Assembly: GCA_963707025.1 (NCBI GenBank)
Contig: CAVPOM010000004.1
Span: 416,001 to 480,000, forward strand
DNA from: an uncultured Verrucomicrobiae bacterium
Lineage (GTDB): Bacteria; Verrucomicrobiota; Verrucomicrobiia; Limisphaerales; Palsa-1400
Reading direction: 5' to 3'
Length of the DNA stretch: 64,000 nt
Shown: piece by piece, positions 51,973 through 62,666 of the stretch
Layout of the letters: every line of letters begins with the position of its first letter
How positions within the stretch are numbered: the first letter of the stretch is position 1
Notes under the pieces: model-generated
Told to the model about the DNA's origin: nothing
Database searches by the model: none
Seen by the model: the letters and a program-made list of their open reading frames with translations, nothing else
Translations under genes and position numbers: made by a program

Positions 51973-52180
51973 TTGGATGTAACAAAATGTAACGGGGGCA
52001 ATTTTCGCAAACCGTTGATAATCAACAACGGTAACGGTGTAACGGTCGTCGCCCTTCTCACCCTGCCTGCATTGGATGTAACAAAATGTAACGGGGTGTA
52101 ACGGGGGCAGTTTTCGTAAACCGTTGATAATCAACAACTGTAACGGTGTAACGGCTGTAATGCACCTCACCCTGCCTGCA
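51973..52180. repeat. two tandem ~100-bp repeats rich in TGTAACGG
   Basis: Copies 51973..52071 and 52072..52180 share TTGGATGTAACAAAATGTAACGG...AAACCGTTGATAATCAACAAC..GTAACGGTGTAACGG...CTCACCCTGCCTGCA. Confidence 0.85.
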
Positions 52181-52257
52181 AGAGTGGGCGTCGAACAAGT
52201 CGCTGCCCACACTTGCAGGCCCCCCATTACGGTGAAGAAACAATAATCCCGTCCCGC

Positions 52258-53076
52258 TCAAAACTCCGCCGGCCATTTCCCCGTCTCCAATACTTTGGCC
52301 GCGATGTGTTGTGCATCGCTGTCGTCCAAGTCGAACGGCGCAAAGGCGGCGCACGCTTTCAATTCCCCGGTCATCAATTTCTTCTGGCCGACGATGTGAT
52401 AGACGTGCGCCAGTTGCAGATGGTGAATGACGCGGTTGGGAGCCAGTTCGATGGCCTTCTTGAAATTCTGGATGGCCATTTCGTTGCTCGCTTTTGGCAG
52501 GCCCCCATATACCAGTTTCACCAAAGCCGTCAGGAACAGGTTCATATTGGCCACCTCGCAATTCCACCGTCCCAGCATGTGATAGGACAGATCGAATTTC
52601 GGGTCCAGCACTATGGCCTTTTCCGCCTCCGCCTTGATCTGCCGCGAATAGTTGACCTTGGTTTGATTATCCAACCAGGGAAAATTCTTGGCATAGCAGA
52701 CCGCGACGCAGACGTGGGCTTTGGCGCTCTGCGCGTCCTCCGCCGCCGCCTTCCGCCCGCAAGCCAGCGCTTGGGCGGCCAGCTCCTTCTGCTCCGTCCT
52801 GGATTTTGCCAGATGCATCAAGTCGCAATACGCTTCCGCCATTTTGATTTGAACCTCCGCCTTGCCGGGAAACAACTTTTCGGCCTGAAGAAAAACTTGC
52901 AGCGCCGCCCTGGTCTCATGCTGCTGGCTGAGAACATCCCCCCGGGCCACCAGATTGGTCAGCGACAAATCCTCCGCCTGGACCGCCGCGCCCTGGCACA
53001 ACAGCCAGCAAAGCGCCAGCCGCGCGCCGCGGAAAACGCGCGCGGCAAAACCGGGCCTGGACTCAGCAGCGATCAC
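52258..53076 (-). CDS. exported TPR protein (RMDN-like)
   Basis: Signal peptide; AEKAIVLDP..SYHMLGRW..EVA, FKKAIELAP. Confidence 0.75.
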   Translation of the reverse strand: MIAAESRPGFAARVFRGARLALCWLLCQGAAVQAEDLSLTNLVARGDVLSQQHETRAALQVFLQAEKLFPGKAEVQIKMAEAYCDLMHLAKSRTEQKELAAQALACGRKAAAEDAQSAKAHVCVAVCYAKNFPWLDNQTKVNYSRQIKAEAEKAIVLDPKFDLSYHMLGRWNCEVANMNLFLTALVKLVYGGLPKASNEMAIQNFKKAIELAPNRVIHHLQLAHVYHIVGQKKLMTGELKACAAFAPFDLDDSDAQHIAAKVLETGKWPAEF

Positions 53077-53365
53077 GCGCGGAATCTAGCCATCCCCGTC
53101 CCCAATAGCCAACGAAAAGCGGCCTCCCAGCCGCCCGGCTGCCGGGGAGCGCGACCTTCCCGGTCGGCTCCGTCGGCCTCCCGCCGGCGGGATCCAATTT
53201 GCAGCAGGGCGAGACTCCATAGCGCCGTCGAATTTCCCTCGCCCCGCGAAGATGTCCCGCCATAATTCTTTTCTTTCCCCACACGTTGCGCAGGCTTGCG
53301 GGGCAGGGGAGTTGGGTTTTAAATGGGGGCATGGCTGTGGCGGAAAACCAGCCGGAAAAAACCGC

Positions 53366-54478
53366 ATGAGTCTCATTGCTTCATTTGACGAGTTTGTGCC
53401 GCAATTGCGCGCGTTTATGACGCGGGCGCAAGAGGCGTCTGTTCCAGACGCCGGCCTGGACGCGGAGTTCAACCGGCTGGCGGCGGCGCTGTTCGCGCTG
53501 CAAAAGGAGGCGGTGCCGATCTATGGGGAGCTTTGCCGGAAACGAAACATTTCCGCGGTTGACGACTGGCGCGACATTCCGGCGCTGCCCTCTTCCACCT
53601 TCAAGGAGTATGAGGTCACCAGCCTGCCGGCCGCGCAACGAACCCATGTCTTCCATTCCAGCGGCACCACCCAACACCGGCCCGGCCGCCATTTTCACAA
53701 TGCCCAATCTCTCCAGGTTTATGAGGAGTCGCTGCGCCCGTGGTTCCGGCGCCATTTTCTCCCTCCGCCCTCCTCCCTCCTCCATTCTCCTTTGCTCATC
53801 TTGACTCCTCCTGCCGCCGCGGCGCCGCACTCGTCGCTGGCTTATATGTTTGAGACGGTGCGGGGGGAATTTGGCCATTCGATTTTCACCGGACGGATTG
53901 ACGGGGAAGGAGCCTGGGCGCTGGACTTGGAGCAAACGATGGCGGCGCTGCAACAAGCGCAGTCCGACCGCCAGCCGGCGGCGCTGCTCGGCACCGCCTT
54001 CTCTTTTGTGCATTTGCTGGATCATTGCCGCTCCAGCCAGGCGCGCTTCCGGCTGGCGGCTGGCTCACGCGCGCTGGAAACCGGCGGCTATAAAGGGCGG
54101 GGGCGGATGGCGTCCAAAGCGGAGTTGCGGCAGATGATGACGCGCTGGCTGGGGATTCCCGAATCGCACATTGTGGCCGAATACGGCATGAGCGAATTGA
54201 GTTCGCAGGCTTACGACCGCGTCCTGCCCGAAGCAACGGGCGTGGGTTTCCGCTTTCCGCCCTGGGCGCGGGCCCAGATCATTTCGCCGGAAACCGGACG
54301 CGAAGCGGAGGAGGGGGAAACCGGCCTGCTCCGGGTTTTTGACCTGGCCAATGTCCGCTCGGCCCTGGCCGTGCAGACGGAGGACCTGGCGGTCCGCCGC
54401 GGGGAGGGATTTGAGCTGGCGGGGCGGGCGGCGCGGGCGGCGGCGCGCGGCTGTTCGCTGCTGCCCCAACAATTATGA
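53366..54478 (+). CDS. LuxE-family acyl-protein synthetase
   Basis: IPALPSSTFK, FHSSGTT, ETGGYKGR, EYGMSELSSQAY, QTEDLA, GR...RGCS. Confidence 0.85.
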   Translation: MSLIASFDEFVPQLRAFMTRAQEASVPDAGLDAEFNRLAAALFALQKEAVPIYGELCRKRNISAVDDWRDIPALPSSTFKEYEVTSLPAAQRTHVFHSSGTTQHRPGRHFHNAQSLQVYEESLRPWFRRHFLPPPSSLLHSPLLILTPPAAAAPHSSLAYMFETVRGEFGHSIFTGRIDGEGAWALDLEQTMAALQQAQSDRQPAALLGTAFSFVHLLDHCRSSQARFRLAAGSRALETGGYKGRGRMASKAELRQMMTRWLGIPESHIVAEYGMSELSSQAYDRVLPEATGVGFRFPPWARAQIISPETGREAEEGETGLLRVFDLANVRSALAVQTEDLAVRRGEGFELAGRAARAAARGCSLLPQQL

Positions 54479-55852
54479 TTGACCATCCGTTGAACCTGCC
54501 GAATTATTTCCTGGCCGACCTGCCGCCCGAGGCGGCGCTGACGCCCGGGTTGATCACCGAAGCCTGCCAGACGCTGAAACGCAACCGCGCGCGCTATCTG
54601 GAGGGGCGCACCACCGAGAGCCTCATCCAATGCCTGGACGGCATCGGGCGCGACTGGCTGGAAGCCGATTATCCCTTCCGCCGGGCATGCCCTGGAAGCC
54701 GGGCCGGCGGCGACCGGTTTTTCCGCGGCGGTGTTGGCGGCGGGGCTGGACAGTTTTTTCCAGCAACTGACGGCGGAGAATTTGGAGGGTTTGCTGCGGC
54801 AGGAGCTGGGGCATCCGCACCGCCTGGACGATTTTTTTCCGGGTGATCACGAACGGGCCTCCAACCGCGTGGCGCTGGCGCGCGGGCCGCAGTTGCTGGC
54901 GCACATCGCGCCCGGCAACATCCCCAGCGCGGTCATGCAGGGCTTGGTGCTGGGTTTGCTGGCGCGGTCGGCCCAATTTGTCAAATGCGCCACCGGCCAG
55001 GCCTTCCTGGCGCGCCTGTTCGCCCATTCCCTTTACGAGGCGGAGGCCAAACTGGGCGCCTGCCTGGAGGTGGCCGAATGGCCGGGCGGGACGGAGAACC
55101 TGGAGGCGGCGCTCTTTGCCGAGGCGGATTGCGTGGCGGCGACGGGCAGCGACGAAACGCTCGCGGCCATCCGCAGGACGTTGCCGGGGCAGGTGCGCTT
55201 CGTCGGTTATGGCACGCGGGTCAGTTTCGGCTTTGTGGCCAGGGACGCGCTGAGCGGACGCCACCCGGAAACCATCGCGGCGCAGGCGGCGCAGGATGTG
55301 GCGGCGTGGAACCAGCTTGGGTGCCTTTCGCCGCATGTCATTTATGTGGAGCAGGGCGGGAGGATTGGGGCGGAAGGCTTTGCCGACTTGCTCGCCGGAG
55401 CGCTGGAGGCGCTGGAAAAAACCCATCCGCGCGGCCGGCTGGCGGCGCGGGAAGCGGCCGGGATCGCGGCGCGGCGCTCCTTTTACGAGGTGCGCGCCGC
55501 CCATTCCCCGGACACGAAAATGTGGGCCAGTTCGGAATCCACCGCCTGGACGGTGGTGTTGGAGACGGAGGCGCAGTTCCAAGTGTCGTGTTTGAACCGG
55601 TTTGTTTATGTCAAGGCGGTCAACGATGTGAGGGAGGCCTTGCAGGCGGCGGACCCGGTGCGGGAAAACATTTCCACGGTGGGCCTGGCCAGCAGCGGAG
55701 CGCGGGCGGCGGAACTGGCGCAGCAATTCGCCCGCTGGGGCGCGCGGCGGATTTGCCCGCTGGGCCAGATGCAGAACCCGCCCCTGGGCTGGCGCCACGA
55801 CGGCCGCCCGGCGCTGGGGGATTTGCTGACCTGGAGCGAGTGGGAGAAGTAA
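54475..55852 (+). CDS. LuxC-family acyl-CoA reductase; frameshift near 54685
   Basis: [48 protein letters not shown]. Confidence 0.82.
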
Positions 55853-55854
55853 GA

Positions 55855-55935
55855 AAATGCAGAATGCAGAACGCAAAAGGCAGAATGAGAAATGGAAAAG
55901 GCAGAATGAGAAACGCAAAAGGAGAAAAACTAAAA
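55855..55935 (+). repeat. degenerate purine-rich heptamer tandem array
   Basis: AAATGCA GAATGCA GAACGCA AAAGGCA GAATGAG AAATGGA AAAGGCA GAATGAG AAACGCA AAAGGAG. Confidence 0.75.
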
Positions 55936-56289
55936 ATGGAGTTGCGAAAAACATTTCAATTTGAAGCGGCGCATTTGCTGCCCCATCTGCCCAAATCCCA
56001 CAAATGCCGCCGCTTGCACGGGCACAGCTTCAAGGTCGAGGTGGCCGTCTCCGGCCCGTGCCATCCCAAGCTGGGCTGGGTGATGGATTACGCGGAAATC
56101 GCGGAGGCCTTCCAGCCGATTTGGCAGCAACTGGATCATAATTATTTGAATGACATCCGCGGCCTGGAAAATCCGACCAGCGAAAACCTCGCCCTCTGGA
56201 TTTGGCAAAGATTGAAGCCGCGCCTGCCATTGTTGACAGAGGTGGTGGTGGCCGAGACCTGCACCGCCCGCTGTGTTTACCGGGGTTAA
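55936..56289 (+). CDS. queD: 6-carboxy-5,6,7,8-tetrahydropterin synthase
   Basis: [34 protein letters not shown]. Confidence 0.93.
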   Translation: MELRKTFQFEAAHLLPHLPKSHKCRRLHGHSFKVEVAVSGPCHPKLGWVMDYAEIAEAFQPIWQQLDHNYLNDIRGLENPTSENLALWIWQRLKPRLPLLTEVVVAETCTARCVYRG

Positions 56290-56386
56290 TGAAACCTTTG
56301 GCTCGGGCGCGGCGTCTGTGTTGGCATTGAATCCAATCTTGACCGCACGCCGGCTTCGCCTGATTATTTAACGGGGATAACCATAT

Positions 56387-59300
56387 ATGAATTTGCCAAA
56401 AAACCTCCTCTCCGTCCGCAGCCTCGCCGCCGCCGCGATGGCCGCCATCATTCCAGCCAGCCTGGGCGCGTTCGTGCCGCCGACGGGAATCAGTTTGTCG
56501 AGCCTCTATTCCTTCGCCAACGCCGCCAACCCGGTGGCCAGCCTGGTGCAGGGCACGAATGGAAATTTCTACGGCACAATGGAGGGATCAGGAACAAACT
56601 TCCTGGGCGCGGTGTTCGTGCTCACGCCGTCCGGCGCTTTTACCGATCTGGTTTTGTTTAACGGCGCCAACGGCTCCACGCCCGCCTGCCCTTTGTTTTT
56701 GTCCACGGATGGCAATTTCTACGGCACCACGGCAAAGGGAGGGACCGGCAACCAAGGCATTCTTTTTAAAATGTCGCCCTCGGGCAGCTTCACCATTCTG
56801 GCGCGATTTCAGGGAGCCAATGGGGCCAATCCCATAGGCGGCCTGGTGCGGGGTGCGAAGGGATATTTTTACGGCACGACCTGGGCCGGGGGATCCAACG
56901 GGGTGGGGGAGGTCTTTGCGTGGTCCCCGGCCATCGGCGTGAGCAATCTGTATTCGTTTAACGGCACCGATGGCGCCAATCCGCCGGGCGGGTTGGTGGC
57001 CGGTTTGGACGGCAACTTGTATGGCACCACTTACCTGGGCGGGGCGAATGGATTGGGCACGGTCTTTCAACTCACTCCGTCGAACACGCTGAACACGCTG
57101 GTTTCATTTTCGCTGACCAACGGCGCGTTTCCATTGGGGCTGGTGCGGGCGCCCAATGGCCTGATGTATGGCGCGGCCTTTGCCGGCGGGACTAATAATT
57201 TTGGCTCGGTTTTCGAGGTGACAACGACGGGCGGTCTCACCACGCTGGCCTCCTTCGGCATCGGCAACGGGGCCAATCCCCAGGCTTCCGTCATCCTGGG
57301 CGCCGACGGCTTCCTCTATGGCACGACGGTGCAAGGCGGTGCGGACGGCAAAGGCGTCATTTTCCGGGTGTCCACCAATGCCACCGTTGGCAGCGGCCGT
57401 GGCGGCGGCCGGGGCGGCGGCCGGGGGTCAGGCGGGTCGGGGACCAGCTCGGCGGTCTTGACCAATCTGGTTTTCTTTTCCGGCTTCAACGGCGCTTTTC
57501 CACAGGGAGGACTGATGCAGGCCGGCGACGGCAATATTTACGGCACAACGACGAGCGGCAGCGCGAATGGCTTTGGCAATATCTTTGAGCTGTCCGGTTT
57601 TCCGCCAACCATCTTCGCCCAACCTGCCAGTGAGGACTTCGCGGTCAAAGCGACCAACCACTTTACGGTGGGGGCCACCGGCTCGGCCCCGTTGAGTTAT
57701 CAATGGGTCATGGCGGGGACTAATCTGACCGACGGCGGGAACATTTCCGGCGCGACCAACAGCGAGCTGACCCTGGCGCCCGCCGTGCTGTCCGATGCGG
57801 GAAGTTATGTGGTGGTGGTGGCCAACGCTTTTGGCTCGGTCACGAGCGCGGTGGCGACGTTGACGGTCCCGCCCCCGGCTCTGACGATCAAGTCGCCCGG
57901 CTCGAGTGTGCCGGGCCTGTCGCTGACCATGCACGGAAGCGCTTCGGGCAAATTCGGGGTGGCCAATGTGCAATATCAACTCAACGGCGGGGCGTGGAGT
58001 CCGGCCGCGACGACCAACCAATGGACCAATTGGTCGGCCCTGGTGTTCTTGCCGCCCGGAACCAACAGTTTCCAGGCTTACAGCGTGGACCCTGTTGGCA
58101 ATCACTCGCCCACCAACAGCGTGACCTTTTTTTGCGTGATAAAGAGTCCGCTGACCTTGTTGACCAATGGTTTTGGAACGATCAGCCGCAGTTTCTCCGG
58201 GACCAATCTGGTGCTGGACACCAACTATACCGTCACGGCTGTGCCGAACTCAAAGAATCTGTTTTCCAACTGGACCGGGACGATTACGGCGACAAACAAT
58301 CCGCTGAAGTTTCTGATGGTGTCGAATATGACCTTGACGGCCAACTTTGTGACCAATTCTTTCCTGCGCGCGGCCGGAACCTACAACGGACTGTTTTATG
58401 TTGACGGCGCCGTGGGCGCGGAAAGCTCCGGTTTGCTGGGCGGCTTGACGGTGGGAACGCAGGGAGTTTACACGGGCAAACTTTATATCGGCGGAAGCAA
58501 CTACGGGGTGCGCGGCAATTTCGATCTGGCGGGCGACGCGAGCAATCAGATCCCGCGGGCGGCCAAATTAGGACCGGTGTTGCTGGCGATGCATTTGGAC
58601 TGGAACAGCACGCCGCCGCAAATAACCGGCACGGTGCAGGGGACCAACGGCGGCGCGTGGACGGCTGCATTGACCAACGAACTGGCGGGAAGCAACCTGC
58701 CTTCCGCCGAATACACGATGCTGATACCGCCTGGACCGGGCGCTTTGGTGCCACCGCCCTCCGGCGTGGCACCGTCGCCCCCCGGCGATGGCTACGCTTT
58801 AATCACCAACCATCTCGGCGCTGTCAGCGTGACGGGTGCTTTGGCCGATGGCACAACTTTCAGCCAGAACATCGCGGAATCGGAAGCCCTGCACCTGCCG
58901 TTTTATGCCACTCCTTACACCAACGGCGGATTGCTGCTGGGCTGGCTGGACCTGGGCAGCGGCGCCCCCGCAGGCAGTCTGACCTGGATTCGCCCAACGG
59001 CGACAAGCGGCTTGTTCACCAATGGCTACACCAACACCGTCACTGTGCAAAGCTCGGCCTGGACCGATCCGGCGGCCAACACGAATATTGTCCAGCCTTT
59101 GCTCCATCATCAAACGGGTGGATCTTTTGTAATGCTGATCCTCGATCAATTGGATATTTCAGGCGGTTTTCTGGAGGCCCCGATTGTCTTCAACGTCTCC
59201 GTGGAATACGCTGGCGGAGAATTAGGGGTGGATGCTGGCGGTGCCACCAATTCGTTGAGCAGCAAGATCGCTCCCAAGACCGGTTTGTTGACCATCACCT

Positions 59301-59428
59301 TCGGCAACGGCCAAGGCACCAACACCACCAGCGCGACCGGGGCGATCCTGCAAAATCACGCGCTGGGCGGCGGCTTTTTCACCACCAAGACCAACGCGGG
59401 AGCGTTCACGCTGATCCCAACCCTATAA
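56387..59428 (+). CDS. surface protein with Gloeo/Verruco (GloVer) repeats, Ig-like and B-repeat-like domains
   Basis: Repeated F-x-G-x-NGA-x-P...L...DG-x-(F/L)YGTT..GG..G.G.VF units; GSAPLSYQW Ig domain; FSNWTG. Confidence 0.85.
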   Translation: MNLPKNLLSVRSLAAAAMAAIIPASLGAFVPPTGISLSSLYSFANAANPVASLVQGTNGNFYGTMEGSGTNFLGAVFVLTPSGAFTDLVLFNGANGSTPACPLFLSTDGNFYGTTAKGGTGNQGILFKMSPSGSFTILARFQGANGANPIGGLVRGAKGYFYGTTWAGGSNGVGEVFAWSPAIGVSNLYSFNGTDGANPPGGLVAGLDGNLYGTTYLGGANGLGTVFQLTPSNTLNTLVSFSLTNGAFPLGLVRAPNGLMYGAAFAGGTNNFGSVFEVTTTGGLTTLASFGIGNGANPQASVILGADGFLYGTTVQGGADGKGVIFRVSTNATVGSGRGGGRGGGRGSGGSGTSSAVLTNLVFFSGFNGAFPQGGLMQAGDGNIYGTTTSGSANGFGNIFELSGFPPTIFAQPASEDFAVKATNHFTVGATGSAPLSYQWVMAGTNLTDGGNISGATNSELTLAPAVLSDAGSYVVVVANAFGSVTSAVATLTVPPPALTIKSPGSSVPGLSLTMHGSASGKFGVANVQYQLNGGAWSPAATTNQWTNWSALVFLPPGTNSFQAYSVDPVGNHSPTNSVTFFCVIKSPLTLLTNGFGTISRSFSGTNLVLDTNYTVTAVPNSKNLFSNWTGTITATNNPLKFLMVSNMTLTANFVTNSFLRAAGTYNGLFYVDGAVGAESSGLLGGLTVGTQGVYTGKLYIGGSNYGVRGNFDLAGDASNQIPRAAKLGPVLLAMHLDWNSTPPQITGTVQGTNGGAWTAALTNELAGSNLPSAEYTMLIPPGPGALVPPPSGVAPSPPGDGYALITNHLGAVSVTGALADGTTFSQNIAESEALHLPFYATPYTNGGLLLGWLDLGSGAPAGSLTWIRPTATSGLFTNGYTNTVTVQSSAWTDPAANTNIVQPLLHHQTGGSFVMLILDQLDISGGFLEAPIVFNVSVEYAGGELGVDAGGATNSLSSKIAPKTGLLTITFGNGQGTNTTSATGAILQNHALGGGFFTTKTNAGAFTLIPTL

Positions 59429-59468
59429 CAATAGTTTTGACACAGCCGCCGGCGCGGCCCCCCAAGCC

Positions 59469-60032
59469 ATGACCGTTTATTCGCCACAGATCATCGGTTC
59501 GCTTTGGGGCGCGTCCGAATTCTGCCTGCTGCTCTTCAAGCGATCCAAGTCAGGCGCCGTCTCCAAGGACCGCCATTCCTTGGCCGTCATCTGGCTGGTG
59601 ATCCTGGCGGCTATCGCCCTGAGCCTGGTCGCCGCTTACCAACTCCCATCCTGCCGGCTGGCCGCTTCCAAGCTTGTCACTTCGATCTCCTGCGGACTCC
59701 TGATTTTTGGCGTTGCTCTGCGCTGGTATGCGATTCTGTATCTTGGGCGCTTCTTCACCGCCAACGTCGCGATCCACGCCGGCCACCAGGTGGTGGATTC
59801 CGGGCCCTATCGTTTCATTCGCCATCCCAGTTATACCGGATGCCTTCTGGCCGCGGCGGGTTACGCGATGACTTTGCACAACTGGGCCTCATTGGTGATA
59901 ATCGTCCTGCCGTGCGTCGCCGTGATGCTCTGGCGCATCCACATCGAGGAACAAGCCTTGCGCGAGGCGCTGGGCGAACGGTATTCCAGTTACATGCGGC
60001 GCACGCGGCGCCTGATTCCCTTCCTTTATTAA
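59469..60032 (+). CDS. isoprenylcysteine carboxyl methyltransferase family membrane protein
   Basis: LGRFF, GPYRFIRHPSYTG, RIHIEEQAL, Y..YMRRTRRLIP. Confidence 0.88.
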   Translation: MTVYSPQIIGSLWGASEFCLLLFKRSKSGAVSKDRHSLAVIWLVILAAIALSLVAAYQLPSCRLAASKLVTSISCGLLIFGVALRWYAILYLGRFFTANVAIHAGHQVVDSGPYRFIRHPSYTGCLLAAAGYAMTLHNWASLVIIVLPCVAVMLWRIHIEEQALREALGERYSSYMRRTRRLIPFLY

Positions 60033-60057
60033 AGGCAAAAACGTCCGTTTCACTCCC

Positions 60058-60157
60058 AAAGCGGCACTGGCCTTCCGCACTCCACGAGCCTTCGCGTTCA
60101 CCGGGCGCGACCGAATCGCCGGCAGGTCTTGGAGTGCGGGCGCGCCGGCGCCGTTTT
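60058..60157. repeat. REP-like inverted repeat between convergent genes
   Basis: CCGCACTCCA (60075) ... TGGAGTGCGG (60130). Confidence 0.65.
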
Positions 60158-60223
60158 CCCGCTGCGGGCACAGGAATCAGTCTCGATCGCAAGTCGCGTT
60201 GGCGGGCAGGAGGCAAAGGGGGA

Positions 60224-61245
60224 TCACTCCCCAAAATTGCGCAAAATGTTTTGGGCGGAGCGCTTGACGCTTTCGCTCAGTTCCGGCGGCTGGAGGACGC
60301 GGGCATGGCCGGCCCAGCCGAGAATCCAGCGCTCCACCTCGGCCAGGCTGGAAAGTTTCATGCGCAGCTCCACGCCGCCGTCGGGCAATTCGCGCAGTTG
60401 CTGCGATTCGTGCCATTTCTTCTCGCGAATGTAATCGGCAACCATTTCCTGAAACGGATGACCACCTCGAACTCGCCCTGGCCGGATTGCACGCCAAAGC
60501 TGTCGCGCAGCCGTTTTTCCAGGGAGAACTTTTGCGGGCGCTCAAAGGTTTTGCCGGTGAGCCGGACGGCCTGGATGCGGGCGGGCACGAAGGTGCGGAT
60601 GTCCTTGCGCAGATGATCGAAGGCGAAGAGAAACCATTCGCCGTTGATGTTGGCCAGGTGATAGGGGTCCACCAGGCGCTGCTCGGTCTCGCGGCTGGCC
60701 GGGCTTGCGGTAGGTCAGTTCGCAGTTGCTGGCGCCGCGGCGGTGGCTTTGGCCAGGGCGTCGAAGATCTCCAGATTCAGAATCGGCTCGGCGCGGGTGC
60801 GGAAGGAGATGGTCTGCTCCCAGTCGGCCAGGTTGAGCGAAATGGTGTCGGGCAGGGACTGCTCCATTTTTTTGAAGGCGCTGAGCAGGGGCCTCTCGAA
60901 GCTGGTGCCGCGATATTGCTGCAGGGCCTTCTCCGCCACGACCAGCGCGAACAATTCGCCTTCGGTAATCTGCAGGGTGGGGAAGGCGCTGACTTCCTCG
61001 GTGTAATGGTAGCCGTGGTGCGCGGCGCATCGAACTCCAGCGGCAGCTCCAGCCGGTCGCGCATGAATTCCAGGTCGCGGTGAATGGATCTTGGTGCTGA
61101 CTTCCAGTTCGCGGGCCAGGGAGGCGGCGTTGGGGTATTTGCCCGATTGAATGGCCTGATGAATCCGCAGCATCCGCTCCAACGGCGGGCGCGGAATGAA
61201 GCAGAGCGTGACTTTACCTGGCTTTGAGGCACGCGTCAGGTTCAA
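60224..61245 (-). CDS. HTH-WYL domain transcriptional regulator, several frameshifts
   Basis: PNAASLARELEVS..IHRDLEFMRD; DPYHLANINGEWFLFAFDHLRKDIRTFVPARI; WILGWAGHARVLQPPEL. Confidence 0.85.
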
Positions 61246-62394
61246 GCTTCAAACCTTACCAGCTTGGCGAGCAATTCGTCGTTGGTCTTGTGCTTCTTGA
61301 GCGCGGCGGTGAGCGTTTCCATCGCTTCGATGGGATTCAAGTCCACCATCATGCGGCGCAGTTTGCGGATGGCTTCGATTGTTCTTGGCGGGAAAAAGTT
61401 TCTCCTCCTTGCGCGTGCCGCTCTTGGGAATGTCAATGGCCGGGAACAGGCGGCGGTCGGAAAGCTTGCGGTCCAGAATCAGCTCCATGTTGCCCGTGCC
61501 TTTGAACTCCTGGAAAATCAGTTCGTCCATGCGCGAGCCGGTGTCCACCAGCGCCGTGGCCAGGATGGTCAGCGAGCCGCCTTCTCGATCTTGCGCGCCG
61601 AGGCGAACATCTTGCGCGGGAATTTCCAGCGCGCGCGCGTCCACGCCGCCGGTCATCGTGCGGCCGCTGCCGCCGTGCACGCTGTTGTAGGCGCGGGCAA
61701 TGCGCGTGAGCGAATCCAGCAGCACAAAAACGTCCTTGCCGGCTCTCCACCATGCGCCGGCAGCGCTCGATCATGAAGCGCGAGAGGCGGACGTGCGTTT
61801 CCAGATCCTGGTCGTTGGAGGAGGCCACGACCTCGGCCTTGACCGAGCGCTGGAAATCGGTGACTTCCTCCGGGCCGCTCGTCAATCAGCAGCACCATGG
61901 CGTGGACTTCGGGATGATTGGTGGTGATGGCGTTGCAGATCTGCTTGAGGATGGTGGTCTTGCCGGTGCGCGGCGGGGCGACAATCAGGCCGCGCGTGCC
62001 CTTGCCGATCGGCGTGACCAGGTCAATGACGCGCGTCTCGATCAGGTCGGGGCTGGTTTCCAGCTTGAACTTTTCAATGGGGTCAATGGTCGTCAGATTT
62101 TCGAAGCGGACGGCCTTGGTATAGTCCTCGAAGGGCATGTCGTTGACCTTGTTCGACGGCCTTGAGCTGCGGGCTGGTGCCGCGATGCGGCGGCTGGGTT
62201 GGGCCGGCGACGAGGCTGCCTTCGCGCAGGAAGCTGCGCCGGATGGTGTCCGGCGTGACAAAGATGTCGCGTCGGCTTGGGGTGGAAATGGTTTTGCGCG
62301 GTGCGCAGGAAACCGAAGCCCTTTTCGGAAATTTCCAGATAGCCGGAGCCGTAGTCCGGCGATGTTGTCGCCGTTGTTGTTGTGCGTTGCTCAT
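61242..62394 (-). CDS. rho: transcription termination factor Rho (short N-terminus), several frameshifts
   Basis: [80 protein letters not shown]. Confidence 0.9.
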
Positions 62395-62666
62395 AAATGT
62401 GTTTGTAATGTGCGAAGGCCTAAAGAATTATCCCGAAAACTCGGTATTGAACTTTGAATTTTTGGAGAACTGACCGTGGCGGCTCACTCCACTGCACATC
62501 TCGCCCAACGCGACAGTCGCATCAAACCTTCGACATGCCTATTTATTACCGGCGCAAACCCGGCCGCGCAACCGCCTAACACAGTTTTCTTGCCGGAATA
62601 CAATTGGCACAATGGCCGGATCTCCATCGATTCCATCGCTCAAATCCGCCGTCAACTCAACGGCTT

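Noticed and set aside
51973..52180. Possible CRISPR array
   Set aside because: Only two ~100-bp units, no unique spacers and no cas genes.
53366..55852. Bioluminescence operon
   Set aside because: No luxA, luxB, luxD or luxG in the window.
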